A stretch of 64,000 nt of DNA from an uncultured delta proteobacterium (lineage in GTDB: Bacteria; Desulfobacterota; Binatia; UBA9968): the NCBI GenBank assembly GCA_963760795.1, contig CAVXEP010000032.1:160001-224000 (forward strand). The letters run 5' to 3'. This document shows positions 48,825 to 60,654 of this stretch, piece after piece (the first letter of the stretch is position 1; the number at the start of each line of letters is the position of its first letter). The notes beneath the pieces were generated by a model, which saw only the letters and a program-made list of their open reading frames with translations, was not told the DNA's origin and ran no database searches. The position numbers and the translations under genes are program-made.

Positions 48825-48987
48825 CGCAGCGATCGAGATTGAGCCAATTCGATGTTAACCCAAGGATTGCGAATCCCCTGTACCAAACGAGAAGTAAGTT
48901 AACTGTCAATCAATTGCGCTGAGGATTGACAGTCCTCGGCGGGCTCTGCTACCACTTGGAAAAGTTTTGTTTGAAGCGGGAGAAAAA

Positions 48988-49467
48988 ATGGCCATCGAAG
49001 CTCAAGAACTGCGCCGCGTCATGGGACACTTCGCCACCGGTGTTACCGTGATCACGGCCACGGACAAGGACGGTGCGCCGCAGGGTTTGACCGCCAATGC
49101 TTTTATGTCGCTGTCGCTCAATCCGCCGCTGGTGATGATCAGTGTCGATAAGGGCGCGACTTGCTACGCCTGCTTCGTGCCGGGCAAGGGTTTTAACGTG
49201 AATTTTTTGAGTGAAGATCAGGAAGATGTCTCGCGTCGCTTTGCGACCAAAGGGATCGACAAATTTGCCGATTTGAACTGGCACGCCGGCAGCAACGGTG
49301 TTGCTCTCATCACCGGCGCCTTGGGTCAGGTGGAGTGTCGAATCACCGCCTGCCACGACGGCGGCGATCATACCATCGTCGTCGGTGAGATCCTCAACGT
49401 CGCGGCTGACGGCGAGCGGCCGCTGTTATTTTTCAAAGGCAAGTATCAGAAGTTGCCGGCGGCGTAA
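48988..49467 (+). CDS. Flavin reductase family protein
   Basis: LRRVMGHFATGVTVIT, SLSLNPPLV, GGDHTIVVGE, PLLFFKG. Confidence 0.92.
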   Translation: MAIEAQELRRVMGHFATGVTVITATDKDGAPQGLTANAFMSLSLNPPLVMISVDKGATCYACFVPGKGFNVNFLSEDQEDVSRRFATKGIDKFADLNWHAGSNGVALITGALGQVECRITACHDGGDHTIVVGEILNVAADGERPLLFFKGKYQKLPAA

Positions 49468-49473
49468 TAAAAA

Positions 49474-49499
49474 AGGGGCGACCAACCAGTCGCCCCTAC
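49474..49499 (-). repeat. GTAG-type REP, possibly also a terminator between convergent genes
   Basis: Minus strand GTAGGGGCGACTGGTTGGTCGCCCC followed by a T run. Confidence 0.6.
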
Positions 49500-49518
49500 A
49501 TCGGATTAATCGCTACGA

Positions 49519-50490
49519 TTACGCGCCCAATGCCAGCGCGTTGATGCATGGCACACCGCTAACCAACGTGCGAGTCTTGCCAGTGGAATCGACGTTGACG
49601 ACTTCCCCGTCAGCGGTAGCGATGAGGACGCCGTTGCCGTCCGCGTTCGGACACATTTCCATGACACCGCCGCTCATCCGGTCGGTTAGAAATTCCCAGT
49701 TGGCGCCGTCTTGGGATTTGAAGATCGCCGTCTTGGCGCGGCCGGCGCGTGTCCATGTGCGCGGGCGGTCTTGGGTGATGCCGAGATAGATATTGCCGTT
49801 GTCGTCTTCGGCGAGCGCATTGCCGTATGTCCGGCCGCCGGCGGGGGTGACGGGTTGCCAGTTGTTGCCGCGATCGGTGCTGCGCGCGACCCCTTCGCCG
49901 CAAGCTGCTACCAATAGGCCTGGCTTGTTGCTTGCCGATAAAATCTGGTGCAGGTCGTGATCAGTTAGACCGTCGTTGCGTTTGACCCAGGTCTCGCCGT
50001 CGTCGTCGCTGACCAAAATGCCACCGACTTCGATGCCGGCATAGAGCCGGTTACCGGGAGCTTTCTCCGTGGTTAGCACGCGCGTGCGCGGCGCCAAATC
50101 AGGATTGGGCGGAAACGTGCCGCCAAAAGCGCCTTGGCGAATGCCTTTTACTTCCTGCCAGCCGCTGTTGTTGTTGCGCATGTAAAGCGCCGCGGGGCGA
50201 GTGCCGACCAGGACTTTCCCGGGTAAGGCGAGCATCGCCGACATTTCCAAAATCGGCACGTTAGGTTCGGCGCGCTGCCAGTCGTTGCCGCCGTCTTTGC
50301 TGACGAACATGCCGGAATGCTCCGTGCCGGCGTAGACATGCTTGGGGTCGTCGGGATCCACTTGAATACAACTCATTTGCCAGAAAGTCAGTGCGCGGTC
50401 CGTTTGCTCCCAGTTCTCGCCGCGCCGTTCATAGCGATACCAGCCAGAGTGGGTCGCGAGATGCAAAGCATTTTTTTCGTTAGCAGCCAT
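49519..50490 (-). CDS. BNR/Asp-box beta-propeller protein
   Basis: SKDGGNDW, SDDDGETW, STDRGNNW, SQDGANW Asp-boxes; GGAGG RBS. Confidence 0.8.
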   Translation of the reverse strand: MAANEKNALHLATHSGWYRYERRGENWEQTDRALTFWQMSCIQVDPDDPKHVYAGTEHSGMFVSKDGGNDWQRAEPNVPILEMSAMLALPGKVLVGTRPAALYMRNNNSGWQEVKGIRQGAFGGTFPPNPDLAPRTRVLTTEKAPGNRLYAGIEVGGILVSDDDGETWVKRNDGLTDHDLHQILSASNKPGLLVAACGEGVARSTDRGNNWQPVTPAGGRTYGNALAEDDNGNIYLGITQDRPRTWTRAGRAKTAIFKSQDGANWEFLTDRMSGGVMEMCPNADGNGVLIATADGEVVNVDSTGKTRTLVSGVPCINALALGA

Positions 50491-50573
50491 AGAATCCTCC
50501 AAATAATTTGCTTGAGGTAATGATCGACAGCGAGCATACGCCCGCAGGGGATTTTGCGTCAAGTCAAATGCGG

Positions 50574-51380
50574 CTAACTCTGCTCCCATAGATCCTCAAA
50601 TTGTTTTACCGATCCGGGCGAGAAGCCGGCGTAATGATTGTTGAAAAATGCGTAGGTTTTGACCCCCTTGTCGGTGATCTTCTTGAGTTCGTTAGCCCAC
50701 ACTTTCATTTCCGGAGTTTTATCTTCGATCAATTTGTCCCAGCGCCTGGTTTTCGCCTCGATGGCTTTGCGGTCGCCCACGAAACGGACATAGGCGAAGT
50801 CGCTGGTGACCAAATCGAGCGCCTTGGCCAAGGTATCGATGCTCGGCATCCAGGCCTCGGCGACCAAGGCGTAGGCCACCTGGTGCTCGCGCAGCATTTC
50901 GAGGAAATCCCAGCTGATCCAGTTTTTATTGCGAATCTCCAGGGCGAACTTGAACTCTTTCGGCAAACTTTGCAGGAACGGCTTGAGCAGTCTGTCGAAG
51001 GGCTGGCGCGACGGAAAAGCGTTGCGATTGAAATAGGGGAACTGCAACAGCAGCGGCCCCAGGCGGTCGCCCAAAAGGGAAATGTTGTTGAGAAAGCTGG
51101 TGAACTCGGCCTGGCAGTCTTTCAATACCTTCTCGTGGGTAATCGCGCCGGGGATCTTCGCGGTAAAGATAAATCCCGGCGGCGTTTTCTCGCGCCAGTT
51201 CGCCACCACATGGGCCGGCGGGATGCTGTAGTAGGTGGAGTCGATCTCCACCGCGGGAAATTTGCGCGCGTAGGCCTCGATGAACTGTCCGGGTTTTAAG
51301 TTCGCCGGATAGAATGAGCCCAACCAGTCGCTGCTCGACCAGCTGGAAGTACCGACGAGTAGATTAGCGGGAAATGGCAT
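50574..51380 (-). CDS. DUF72 (YecE-like) protein
   Basis: GTSSW..W..FYP, VEIDSTYY, LLQFP, ALEIR, YVRFVG, FFNNHY. Confidence 0.9.
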   Translation of the reverse strand: MPFPANLLVGTSSWSSSDWLGSFYPANLKPGQFIEAYARKFPAVEIDSTYYSIPPAHVVANWREKTPPGFIFTAKIPGAITHEKVLKDCQAEFTSFLNNISLLGDRLGPLLLQFPYFNRNAFPSRQPFDRLLKPFLQSLPKEFKFALEIRNKNWISWDFLEMLREHQVAYALVAEAWMPSIDTLAKALDLVTSDFAYVRFVGDRKAIEAKTRRWDKLIEDKTPEMKVWANELKKITDKGVKTYAFFNNHYAGFSPGSVKQFEDLWEQS

Positions 51381-51560
51381 GGCTACTTTTCACCATATCG
51401 ACGGCGCCCGTTCAATAGTAGACGCGCGGTTTCAGCGCTCGGTAACGCTGTTGGGCAATCAAGACGAGATTTCTCGCTGGGCTCGAACATGTCCGTTTGC
51501 GAGTCGCTGTCGTACCGGCCCAGCAGACCAGTCATGCCTATGCCGAAGGGCGGCTTTTAG

Positions 51561-51612
51561 TTGACTTCCCGCTACCTTGCGTTTACTTTGATGAAAACAA
51601 AGTTGTTTCCAT
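51561..51612 (+). promoter_or_regulatory. Sigma-70 promoter with adjacent palindromic operator
   Basis: TTGACT-17-TACTTT followed by ATGAAAACAA-AG-TTGTTTCCAT. Confidence 0.5.
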
Positions 51613-51642
51613 TTTTCGACCCTGACCATCTCGGATATCTAC

Positions 51643-52122
51643 TTGGATAACTACGATAGCAAGACCGCTAGCCGCATTGTTGGGGTCAGCTTGCGCCAGC
51701 TGCAATATTGGGACGAGCAGAATTTTCTCCGGCCGTCGATCAAGCTCGCCGGCGGGCGCGGCACCAAGCGGCTTTATTCATTTCACGATCTGGTTTGCTT
51801 GAAGGTGGTCAAGGATCTGGCGCGCTACGGTTTTAGCCTGAAAAAGATTCGCCGCTGCCTGCGGCCGTTGCAGGAACAAACCGATCCGTCGGCGCGGCTG
51901 CCGGAGTCGCTGCGCTATCTCACCGACGGCGAGGAACTATTCGTCTTGACCAGCGACCGGCAGAAAATTCGCCACGCCATGGAGCGCCAGTTCGTGCTTT
52001 CTCTGGGTATCGGCAGCTTGGTGCGCGAACTCGATGGCGCGGTCAAGCGCTTTGGCGGCATGGCGGGTAAGGCCAGTCGCGACACACGGCGGCTCGACGA
52101 GGCGCGGAGCGGCTCCGCCTGA
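51643..52122 (+). CDS. MerR-family transcriptional regulator (Rv1830/McdR-like)
   Basis: ASRIVGVSLRQLQYWD..RPS..GRGTKRLYSFHDL..LKVVK.L...G.SL..IR, LTDG. Confidence 0.8.
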   Translation: MDNYDSKTASRIVGVSLRQLQYWDEQNFLRPSIKLAGGRGTKRLYSFHDLVCLKVVKDLARYGFSLKKIRRCLRPLQEQTDPSARLPESLRYLTDGEELFVLTSDRQKIRHAMERQFVLSLGIGSLVRELDGAVKRFGGMAGKASRDTRRLDEARSGSA

Positions 52123-52127
52123 TCGCC

Positions 52128-54701
<2,574 letters not shown>

Positions 54702-54723
54702 TGGGCCGAAATCATGAGTAATA

Positions 54724-56124
54724 GTGATGGTTATTAAGCTAGGTAGTCAGGTTAGCATCGGATTAGTTGGATTGGCGGCAGTGTGGCTGTGGTCTGAGAG
54801 CAAGCTTTCAGCGCAAGTCCGCAGTGCTCCGGCGTCGCACCAGTCACTATCGACCTATGCGCAATCGGGCTCGCCCAAGCACGGAGAAAATCAACCGCTG
54901 CCGCCGCTGCGCGCCGTCGAGAAAGACAAAAAGCCAATGGCTGCCGCGGCGGCTTCAGGCACGGTGTCGACCGCCGCTGCGGATAAAGTTCAAGTTACCG
55001 GCTTGCGTTTGTTATCGTGGAAAAATTTCACCCGCGTCATGTTGGAGCTATCGCACGACGCCCAATACGAAGTGCTCCGACTCAAGGACGATCCTGCCAA
55101 GGGCATACCGCCGCGCATGTACGTCGATATCCGCGGCGCGCGCTTGGCGCTGAACTCAAAGGAGCTGGTGCCGGTGCCGGTAGATGATCGTCTGTTGCGT
55201 CAGGTGCGCGTCAGCCAATACAGCGCTGAGGTCGTGCGCGTGGTCTTAGATCTCACCAGCCTGGGCGATCACAATGCGTTCATGCTGCCCGACCCTCATC
55301 GTTTGGTGATCGATTTACACGGGCAGCAGACGCCGGAGCGCGCAGCCGTCAAGGAGGAGGCCGCCAAGGGGGAAAAATCTCCCCGTCTCGGTGCTTCGCG
55401 AGACAAAAAGGCGACCCTGCCGCTGGCTAATGCTACCGGCATTCGCAAGATCGTCATCGATCCGGGCCATGGCGGCAAAGATCCCGGTGCCGTCGGCGTC
55501 GGTGGTATCATGGAAAAAGACGTGGTGTTGAGCATCGCTAAGAAGCTCGCTCTAAAGCTCAAGAATGAAATGGGTGTTCAGGTGGTCTTGACCCGCAATG
55601 ACGACCGCTTCGTCGCCCTGGAGGACCGCACCCATCGGGCCAACGCCGAGGATGCCGATCTGTTTATTTCGTTGCATATGAACGCCAGCGCCAGTGGCGA
55701 AGCGCGCGGCGTCGAGACCTATTATCTCGACAACACCAGCGATGAAGCGGCGCTGCGGCTGGCGGCGCGCGAGAACGGCGGCGCGCGCAAGAACGTCTCC
55801 GATTTGCAATTTATCCTGAGCGACATGACCCAGAACCTGAAGCTCGAGGATTCGATCACGCTAGCGCACCGCTTGCAGCAGTCGGTAGTCGGCGGCATGA
55901 CCGAAGCGGTCGGCGAGGTGCGCGACCTCGGCGTCAAGACGGCGCTATTTTATGTCTTGGTCGGCGCGCGCATGCCGAGCGTCTTGGTGGAGATGTTTTT
56001 CGTCACCCATCGCGTCGAGGGACCGGCGATGAGCCGTGAGGCCAGTCAAGATGCCATGGCCAACTCGCTGTTCGACGGCATTCAGAAATATGGTCATTCG
56101 ATCATGGTCGCCAAACCGCTATAA
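54724..56124 (+). CDS. N-acetylmuramoyl-L-alanine amidase (AMIN + Amidase_3, AmiC-like)
   Basis: RVVLDL AMIN domain; IDPGHGGKDPGA, FISLHMNA, LAAREN, PSVLVE. Confidence 0.92.
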   Translation: MMVIKLGSQVSIGLVGLAAVWLWSESKLSAQVRSAPASHQSLSTYAQSGSPKHGENQPLPPLRAVEKDKKPMAAAAASGTVSTAAADKVQVTGLRLLSWKNFTRVMLELSHDAQYEVLRLKDDPAKGIPPRMYVDIRGARLALNSKELVPVPVDDRLLRQVRVSQYSAEVVRVVLDLTSLGDHNAFMLPDPHRLVIDLHGQQTPERAAVKEEAAKGEKSPRLGASRDKKATLPLANATGIRKIVIDPGHGGKDPGAVGVGGIMEKDVVLSIAKKLALKLKNEMGVQVVLTRNDDRFVALEDRTHRANAEDADLFISLHMNASASGEARGVETYYLDNTSDEAALRLAARENGGARKNVSDLQFILSDMTQNLKLEDSITLAHRLQQSVVGGMTEAVGEVRDLGVKTALFYVLVGARMPSVLVEMFFVTHRVEGPAMSREASQDAMANSLFDGIQKYGHSIMVAKPL

Positions 56125-56132
56125 TATCAATT

Positions 56133-58853
56133 ATGGACGCAGTCGCTATTTCCTTAGCCTTACTTCAAGACAGTCAGGTCGAAGTCAACCTCAAAGCGCT
56201 GGGTCGGAGCTATCTCGAGCGTGGCCGGCGCATTTTGTTCGAGCGCCATCGCCAGGGCGCCGGCGGCATGGAAGTCGCGGCGGCCTACTCGACGGTGACG
56301 GATCATATCATCCGCTATTTGTTTAGCTCCTTGGGCGCTGAACTCCTGCCGCGCTTTCGCGGCCAGGGGGCTGGACTGGCTTTGATCGCTCAAGGGGGTT
56401 ATGGCCGGGGCGAACTAAGTCCTTATTCCGATATCGACTTATTATTTTTGCACAACGGTCGGGTCAATCCGTTCGTCCAAGCTCTCAACGAACGATTGTT
56501 ACACACGTTGTGGGATTTGGGTTTGGAGGTCGGGCCCGCGACGCGCAGCATCTCCGATTGCGTGCGCTTGGGCGAATCGGACATGAAGATCCGCACGGCA
56601 TTGCTTGACGCGCGCTTTCTCTGTGGCGACTACCTGCTGTTTGGCGAATTCAGTAAGACTCTCGACAACAAATTGCTCAAGAAGGGAATCGGCCGTTTCA
56701 TTCGTGAGAAGCTCAATGAAACCATTGCCCGTCACAAAACCTATGGCGGATCGGTCTATTTGCTCGAACCCGAGGTCAAAGAGGGTTTGGGTGGATTGCG
56801 CGATGTCCAGACCGCCCGCTGGATCGCCCGCGCACAACTTAAGATCAAGGATTTAGACGGTCTCGTGAATCACGGCATGATCAGCGCAGCCGACGTGGTC
56901 AGTCTCAAGGAGTCGCAGGATTTTCTTCTGCGAGTGCGCAATGAAATGCACTTTGCCACCGGCAAGCATCAGGACCAGCTGACCTTCGAGCAGCAAGAAA
57001 AAGTCAGCGAGGCCTTGGGATTTCAGAGCGAGGGAACGCTGCGCGGCGTCGAAGTGTTTATGCGCGCGTACTACTTGCACGCCATGCAGATTTGCCGGAT
57101 TTCGGATCTGATCGTGCACCGGGTCACCGACTGTGACAAGCCGCGCTTCAGCGACAAATTGGCCTTCGGCCGTACCCTGCGCGACGGCGTGCGCATTTCG
57201 AAGGGTCATCTCACCCTGACCAAGCCCGAGATACTCAAAAACGATCCGAGTAATTTGATCCGCCTGTTCGATGATAGGCAGAAATATCGCTGCCGCTTGA
57301 GCCATGAGACCCGCGAATTACTGCGCGGCCAAGTCGACTTGATCGACGAAGAGTTTCGCGGTTCGGCGGCCGCCAACCGGCCGTTTTTCTCGATTCTCGA
57401 ATGGAAAGATTCCGTCTATGAGACGCTCTTGGAAATGCATCACTCAGGCGTGCTTGGCGCGTTCATCCCGGAGTTCGGCCGCTTGCTGTGCATGGTCTTG
57501 CACGACGCCTATCACACCTACACGGTGGATGAGCATTCTCTCATGCTGATTCAAGAGATCGAACGGCTGCGCGCCGGCGACTACGAAGCGACGCTGCCTT
57601 TGCTGACGCAAGTGGCGCGCGAGGCGGAGAAGATAGAGCTACTCTACTTGGGCATGATGTTTCATGACATCGGCAAGGGCTTCGGCGGCGGTCACTCGGA
57701 AGTCGGCGCCAACATGGTGCGCCCGATCGCCCGGCGCATGGGGCTCAATGCCGATGATGGCGCGTTGGTGGAGTTTCTCGTGCGCCATCATTTGCTTATG
57801 ACTCACACCGCCCTTCGGCGCGACCTGGAGGACGAGAAAACCATTTTTGAGTTCGCGAAAACCATGGGTAGCGTCAACAATTTGAAGATGCTCTATCTCC
57901 TGACCTTCGCCGATGTCAAAGCAGTGGGGCCGGATGTTTGGAATCCTTGGAAGGGTTCGCTCCTGGGCGAGCTCTACGTAAAAACTTTGAACCTCCTCGA
58001 AGAAGCCGAGAAGGGCGAGTTCCCGCGCGAAGACGTGCGCGCCGTCTTACAGCGCATCCAAGGCCGCGTCCGGCGCCAATTGCTCGCGCTGCCGCAACCC
58101 GAGGCCGAGGTCGATGATTTTATCGATGCCATGCCCGACCGTTATTTCCTCTCCACCTCCGAGGCTGAGATCCCCAAGCACTTTGCTTTGATGGAGAAGT
58201 TTCGCGGCAAAGGCGCGCTGTTCTATGTCGAGCATTTCCCCGAACGCAACTGTAGCTCGGTGGTCATCTGCACCCAGGACCGGCCCGGCCTGTTCGCCTC
58301 CATCACCGGCGTCTTGACCTCGCTCAGCCTCGATATTCTCAACGCGCGGATCTTTACCGCCAGCGACGGCCGCATTCTCGACGTCTTTCGTATCTCGCAT
58401 CGGGGCCGGCCGGAACTGGTCATGGCCGATGCGAAATGGGCCAAGTTCAAGACCGTCTTGGACCATGTGTTGGACGGCAAAAGCGAAGTCGTCCGCCTGG
58501 TCGAAGCGGCCAAGCCTTCGTTTTACCTGCTCAAGCGAGCGCCCAAGGTATCCACTGTTATCAAAATCGACAACCATGTATCGGATGATTTTTCTGTCGT
58601 TGAGATCTTTACCGATGACCGGATCGGCGTGCTGTTTACCATCGCTCATAACTTGCATCAGTTGGGACTGTCGATCCATGTCGCTAAGATCTCGACCAAT
58701 GTCGATCAAGTGGCCGATGTTTTTTACGTCACCGAGAGCTCGGGCGAGAAAATCGCCGGGGCCGAAAGGGTCGAGCAAGTCAGAAGGTCCCTTTTCCAAA
58801 GTCTGGCGCCAGAGAATGTTACCAACGAAAGACGCGCTGAGTCCGTACATTGA
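56133..58853 (+). CDS. glnD: [Protein-PII] uridylyltransferase
   Basis: GGYGRGELSPYSDIDL, LEPEVKEG.GGLRD, HTYTVDEH, FHDIGKG, two ACT domains. Confidence 0.97.
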   Translation: MDAVAISLALLQDSQVEVNLKALGRSYLERGRRILFERHRQGAGGMEVAAAYSTVTDHIIRYLFSSLGAELLPRFRGQGAGLALIAQGGYGRGELSPYSDIDLLFLHNGRVNPFVQALNERLLHTLWDLGLEVGPATRSISDCVRLGESDMKIRTALLDARFLCGDYLLFGEFSKTLDNKLLKKGIGRFIREKLNETIARHKTYGGSVYLLEPEVKEGLGGLRDVQTARWIARAQLKIKDLDGLVNHGMISAADVVSLKESQDFLLRVRNEMHFATGKHQDQLTFEQQEKVSEALGFQSEGTLRGVEVFMRAYYLHAMQICRISDLIVHRVTDCDKPRFSDKLAFGRTLRDGVRISKGHLTLTKPEILKNDPSNLIRLFDDRQKYRCRLSHETRELLRGQVDLIDEEFRGSAAANRPFFSILEWKDSVYETLLEMHHSGVLGAFIPEFGRLLCMVLHDAYHTYTVDEHSLMLIQEIERLRAGDYEATLPLLTQVAREAEKIELLYLGMMFHDIGKGFGGGHSEVGANMVRPIARRMGLNADDGALVEFLVRHHLLMTHTALRRDLEDEKTIFEFAKTMGSVNNLKMLYLLTFADVKAVGPDVWNPWKGSLLGELYVKTLNLLEEAEKGEFPREDVRAVLQRIQGRVRRQLLALPQPEAEVDDFIDAMPDRYFLSTSEAEIPKHFALMEKFRGKGALFYVEHFPERNCSSVVICTQDRPGLFASITGVLTSLSLDILNARIFTASDGRILDVFRISHRGRPELVMADAKWAKFKTVLDHVLDGKSEVVRLVEAAKPSFYLLKRAPKVSTVIKIDNHVSDDFSVVEIFTDDRIGVLFTIAHNLHQLGLSIHVAKISTNVDQVADVFYVTESSGEKIAGAERVEQVRRSLFQSLAPENVTNERRAESVH

Positions 58854-59736
58854 CTCGTTCCTCTCGATGCTCGCCGTCGAGAAGGGGCTGGCGAAGAATA
58901 CCCTCGATGCTTACAGCCGCGATCTGGCCGGCCTGTCGGCCTTTCTTATCGGGCAAAAGGTTTCCGATTGGCGCGAAGTTGACACGAACCATATTCGCGC
59001 CTACGTCGGCGCGCTGCGCACCAAGGGACTGAGTTCGAAGAGCGTCGCCCGTCACGTTGTGACGTTGCGCCGGCTCTTGCGCTTCCTCCAAACCGAAAAC
59101 CTGCTCAAAGAAAATCCCATGCCGACGCTCTTGCCGACGCCGGGACAGAGAAAGCTGCCACAGACACTGTCGGCGGCGGACATTCAATGCCTGCTCAACC
59201 AGCCGGACGCCAACGAACCGCTGGGCGCGCGTGACCAGGCGATGTTTGAGTTGCTCTACGCTACCGGCCTACGGGTGTCGGAGTTGGTGCGATTGCAGAC
59301 GCAGCAGGTCAATTTCCAGGGCAACTACGTCATCGTCAAAGGCAAGGGAGCGAAAGTGCGCGCCGTGCCCTTCGGCAATTACGCGCGCGAAAAGTTGAAC
59401 TACTTCATGACCGATGGCCGGCGGCGATTGCTCAAGGGCAAATTGAGTCCGTATGTCTTCATCAACCGTTCCGGCAAACCGCTGAGCCGCCAAGGTTTCT
59501 GGAAACTCATCCGCCGCTACGCTCTGATCGCCGGCATCGATAAACGAGTCACGCCGCACACCCTGCGCCACTCCTTCGCTACGCACCTACTCGAAGGCGG
59601 CGCCGACTTGCGCTCGGTGCAGACCATGCTCGGCCACGCCGATATCTCGACGACGCAGATCTACACCCACGTCGACGGCGCAAGGTTGAAGAAGGTCCAT
59701 CAACAGTATCATCCACGGGAGAAAGGAAGCGGGTAA
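58816..59736 (+). CDS. xerD: Tyrosine recombinase XerD
   Basis: [66 protein letters not shown]. Confidence 0.93.
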   Translation: MLPTKDALSPYIDSFLSMLAVEKGLAKNTLDAYSRDLAGLSAFLIGQKVSDWREVDTNHIRAYVGALRTKGLSSKSVARHVVTLRRLLRFLQTENLLKENPMPTLLPTPGQRKLPQTLSAADIQCLLNQPDANEPLGARDQAMFELLYATGLRVSELVRLQTQQVNFQGNYVIVKGKGAKVRAVPFGNYAREKLNYFMTDGRRRLLKGKLSPYVFINRSGKPLSRQGFWKLIRRYALIAGIDKRVTPHTLRHSFATHLLEGGADLRSVQTMLGHADISTTQIYTHVDGARLKKVHQQYHPREKGSG

Positions 59737-60291
59737 GCAATCCTAACGTCGGCCTCTAATAAGTTCGGTATTCAGTCGCTTTCGTCGTGACAAAACAGAT
59801 CGACACACCCTGAGAGAGAAAGAGAGAAGCGGATAAATTTTTGGTTACGACGAGCTGACAAGAAAGTCTGGAAGTAAAGGTCTGACGCCCTATCCGGTGC
59901 GCGGTGCATCACTCCAACAAAGTGAATTATTCTGATTGCCGTCCAATATTGAACCGCGTAATCCTTCGGACCGGGGTCTACTATGAAAATGAACATTGCT
60001 TGGTCAGAGTCGCCGCGAAACTAGCTTGCTGTCGCTTTTATCAACTCGCCTCCCTGAAGCGAAAATGAATCAGCTTAACGTTCACTTCAGGCGAGAGGAT
60101 TGTCTGACTCCGCTACTTCACATCAAGCAAAGCTGTGAGTAAGATTGGAATAATAGCGAGAAATAGCATGCCTATAGTCCATCGCGAGAGGGACCGTACG
60201 CAGCAAAGTAAGAGCCGAGCCGCCAAGGCAGGGATATTCCGCAATGAAAGATCCGGCGACCGTCACCAATGAACCTATGAAACGGAGAATT

Positions 60292-60642
60292 ATGCAATCA
60301 GAAAAAATCCCATCCAAGCCCAAAGGACTCGCCGGCGCCGAAGTCACGACGGCCGCCGGGTTGGTGAACTACCAGGACGGCGCCGTTGTCAGTCGTGAAA
60401 TTATCAAGAAGCCAACGGGTAGCGTGACTATCTTCGCGTTTGACGAAGGGCAAGGCTTGAGTGAGCACACGTCCCCGTTCGATGCGCTGGTGCAAGTGGT
60501 GGAAGGCGCGGCCGAGATCATAATTTCTGGCCAGCCACAGCCGTTGCAGGGCGGCGAGATGATTCTCCTGCCCGCCGGTCAGCCGCACGCGCTCAAGGCG
60601 CTCAAGCGGTTCAAGATGATTCTGACGATGATTCGATCCTGA
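60292..60642 (+). CDS. Cupin domain protein
   Basis: FAFDEGQGLSEHTSPFDA, PAGQPHALKA. Confidence 0.85.
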   Translation: MQSEKIPSKPKGLAGAEVTTAAGLVNYQDGAVVSREIIKKPTGSVTIFAFDEGQGLSEHTSPFDALVQVVEGAAEIIISGQPQPLQGGEMILLPAGQPHALKALKRFKMILTMIRS

Positions 60643-60654
60643 ACCAACACTGCG

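Larger units (their letters stand above)
39941..48934. mobile_element. Integrated satellite/prophage-like element (no integrase or structural genes recognised)
   Basis: GATTGACAGTC direct repeat at 39941-39951 and 48924-48934; visibly more AT-rich coding DNA; AlpA/Xis, HTH initiator and DnaB genes. Confidence 0.7.

Noticed and set aside
48864-48883. GGATTGCGAATCCCCTGTAC resembles a tRNA-Cys anticodon arm near the element's right end
   Set aside because: Only about 20 nt; anticodon position reads GCG; no T-arm, acceptor stem or matching tRNA at the other end
58429-59736. Tyrosine recombinase as the integrase of the 40-49 kb element; 435-aa long form
   Set aside because: Sequence and position after glnD identify chromosomal XerD; the N-terminal extension overlaps glnD and the likely start is 58816
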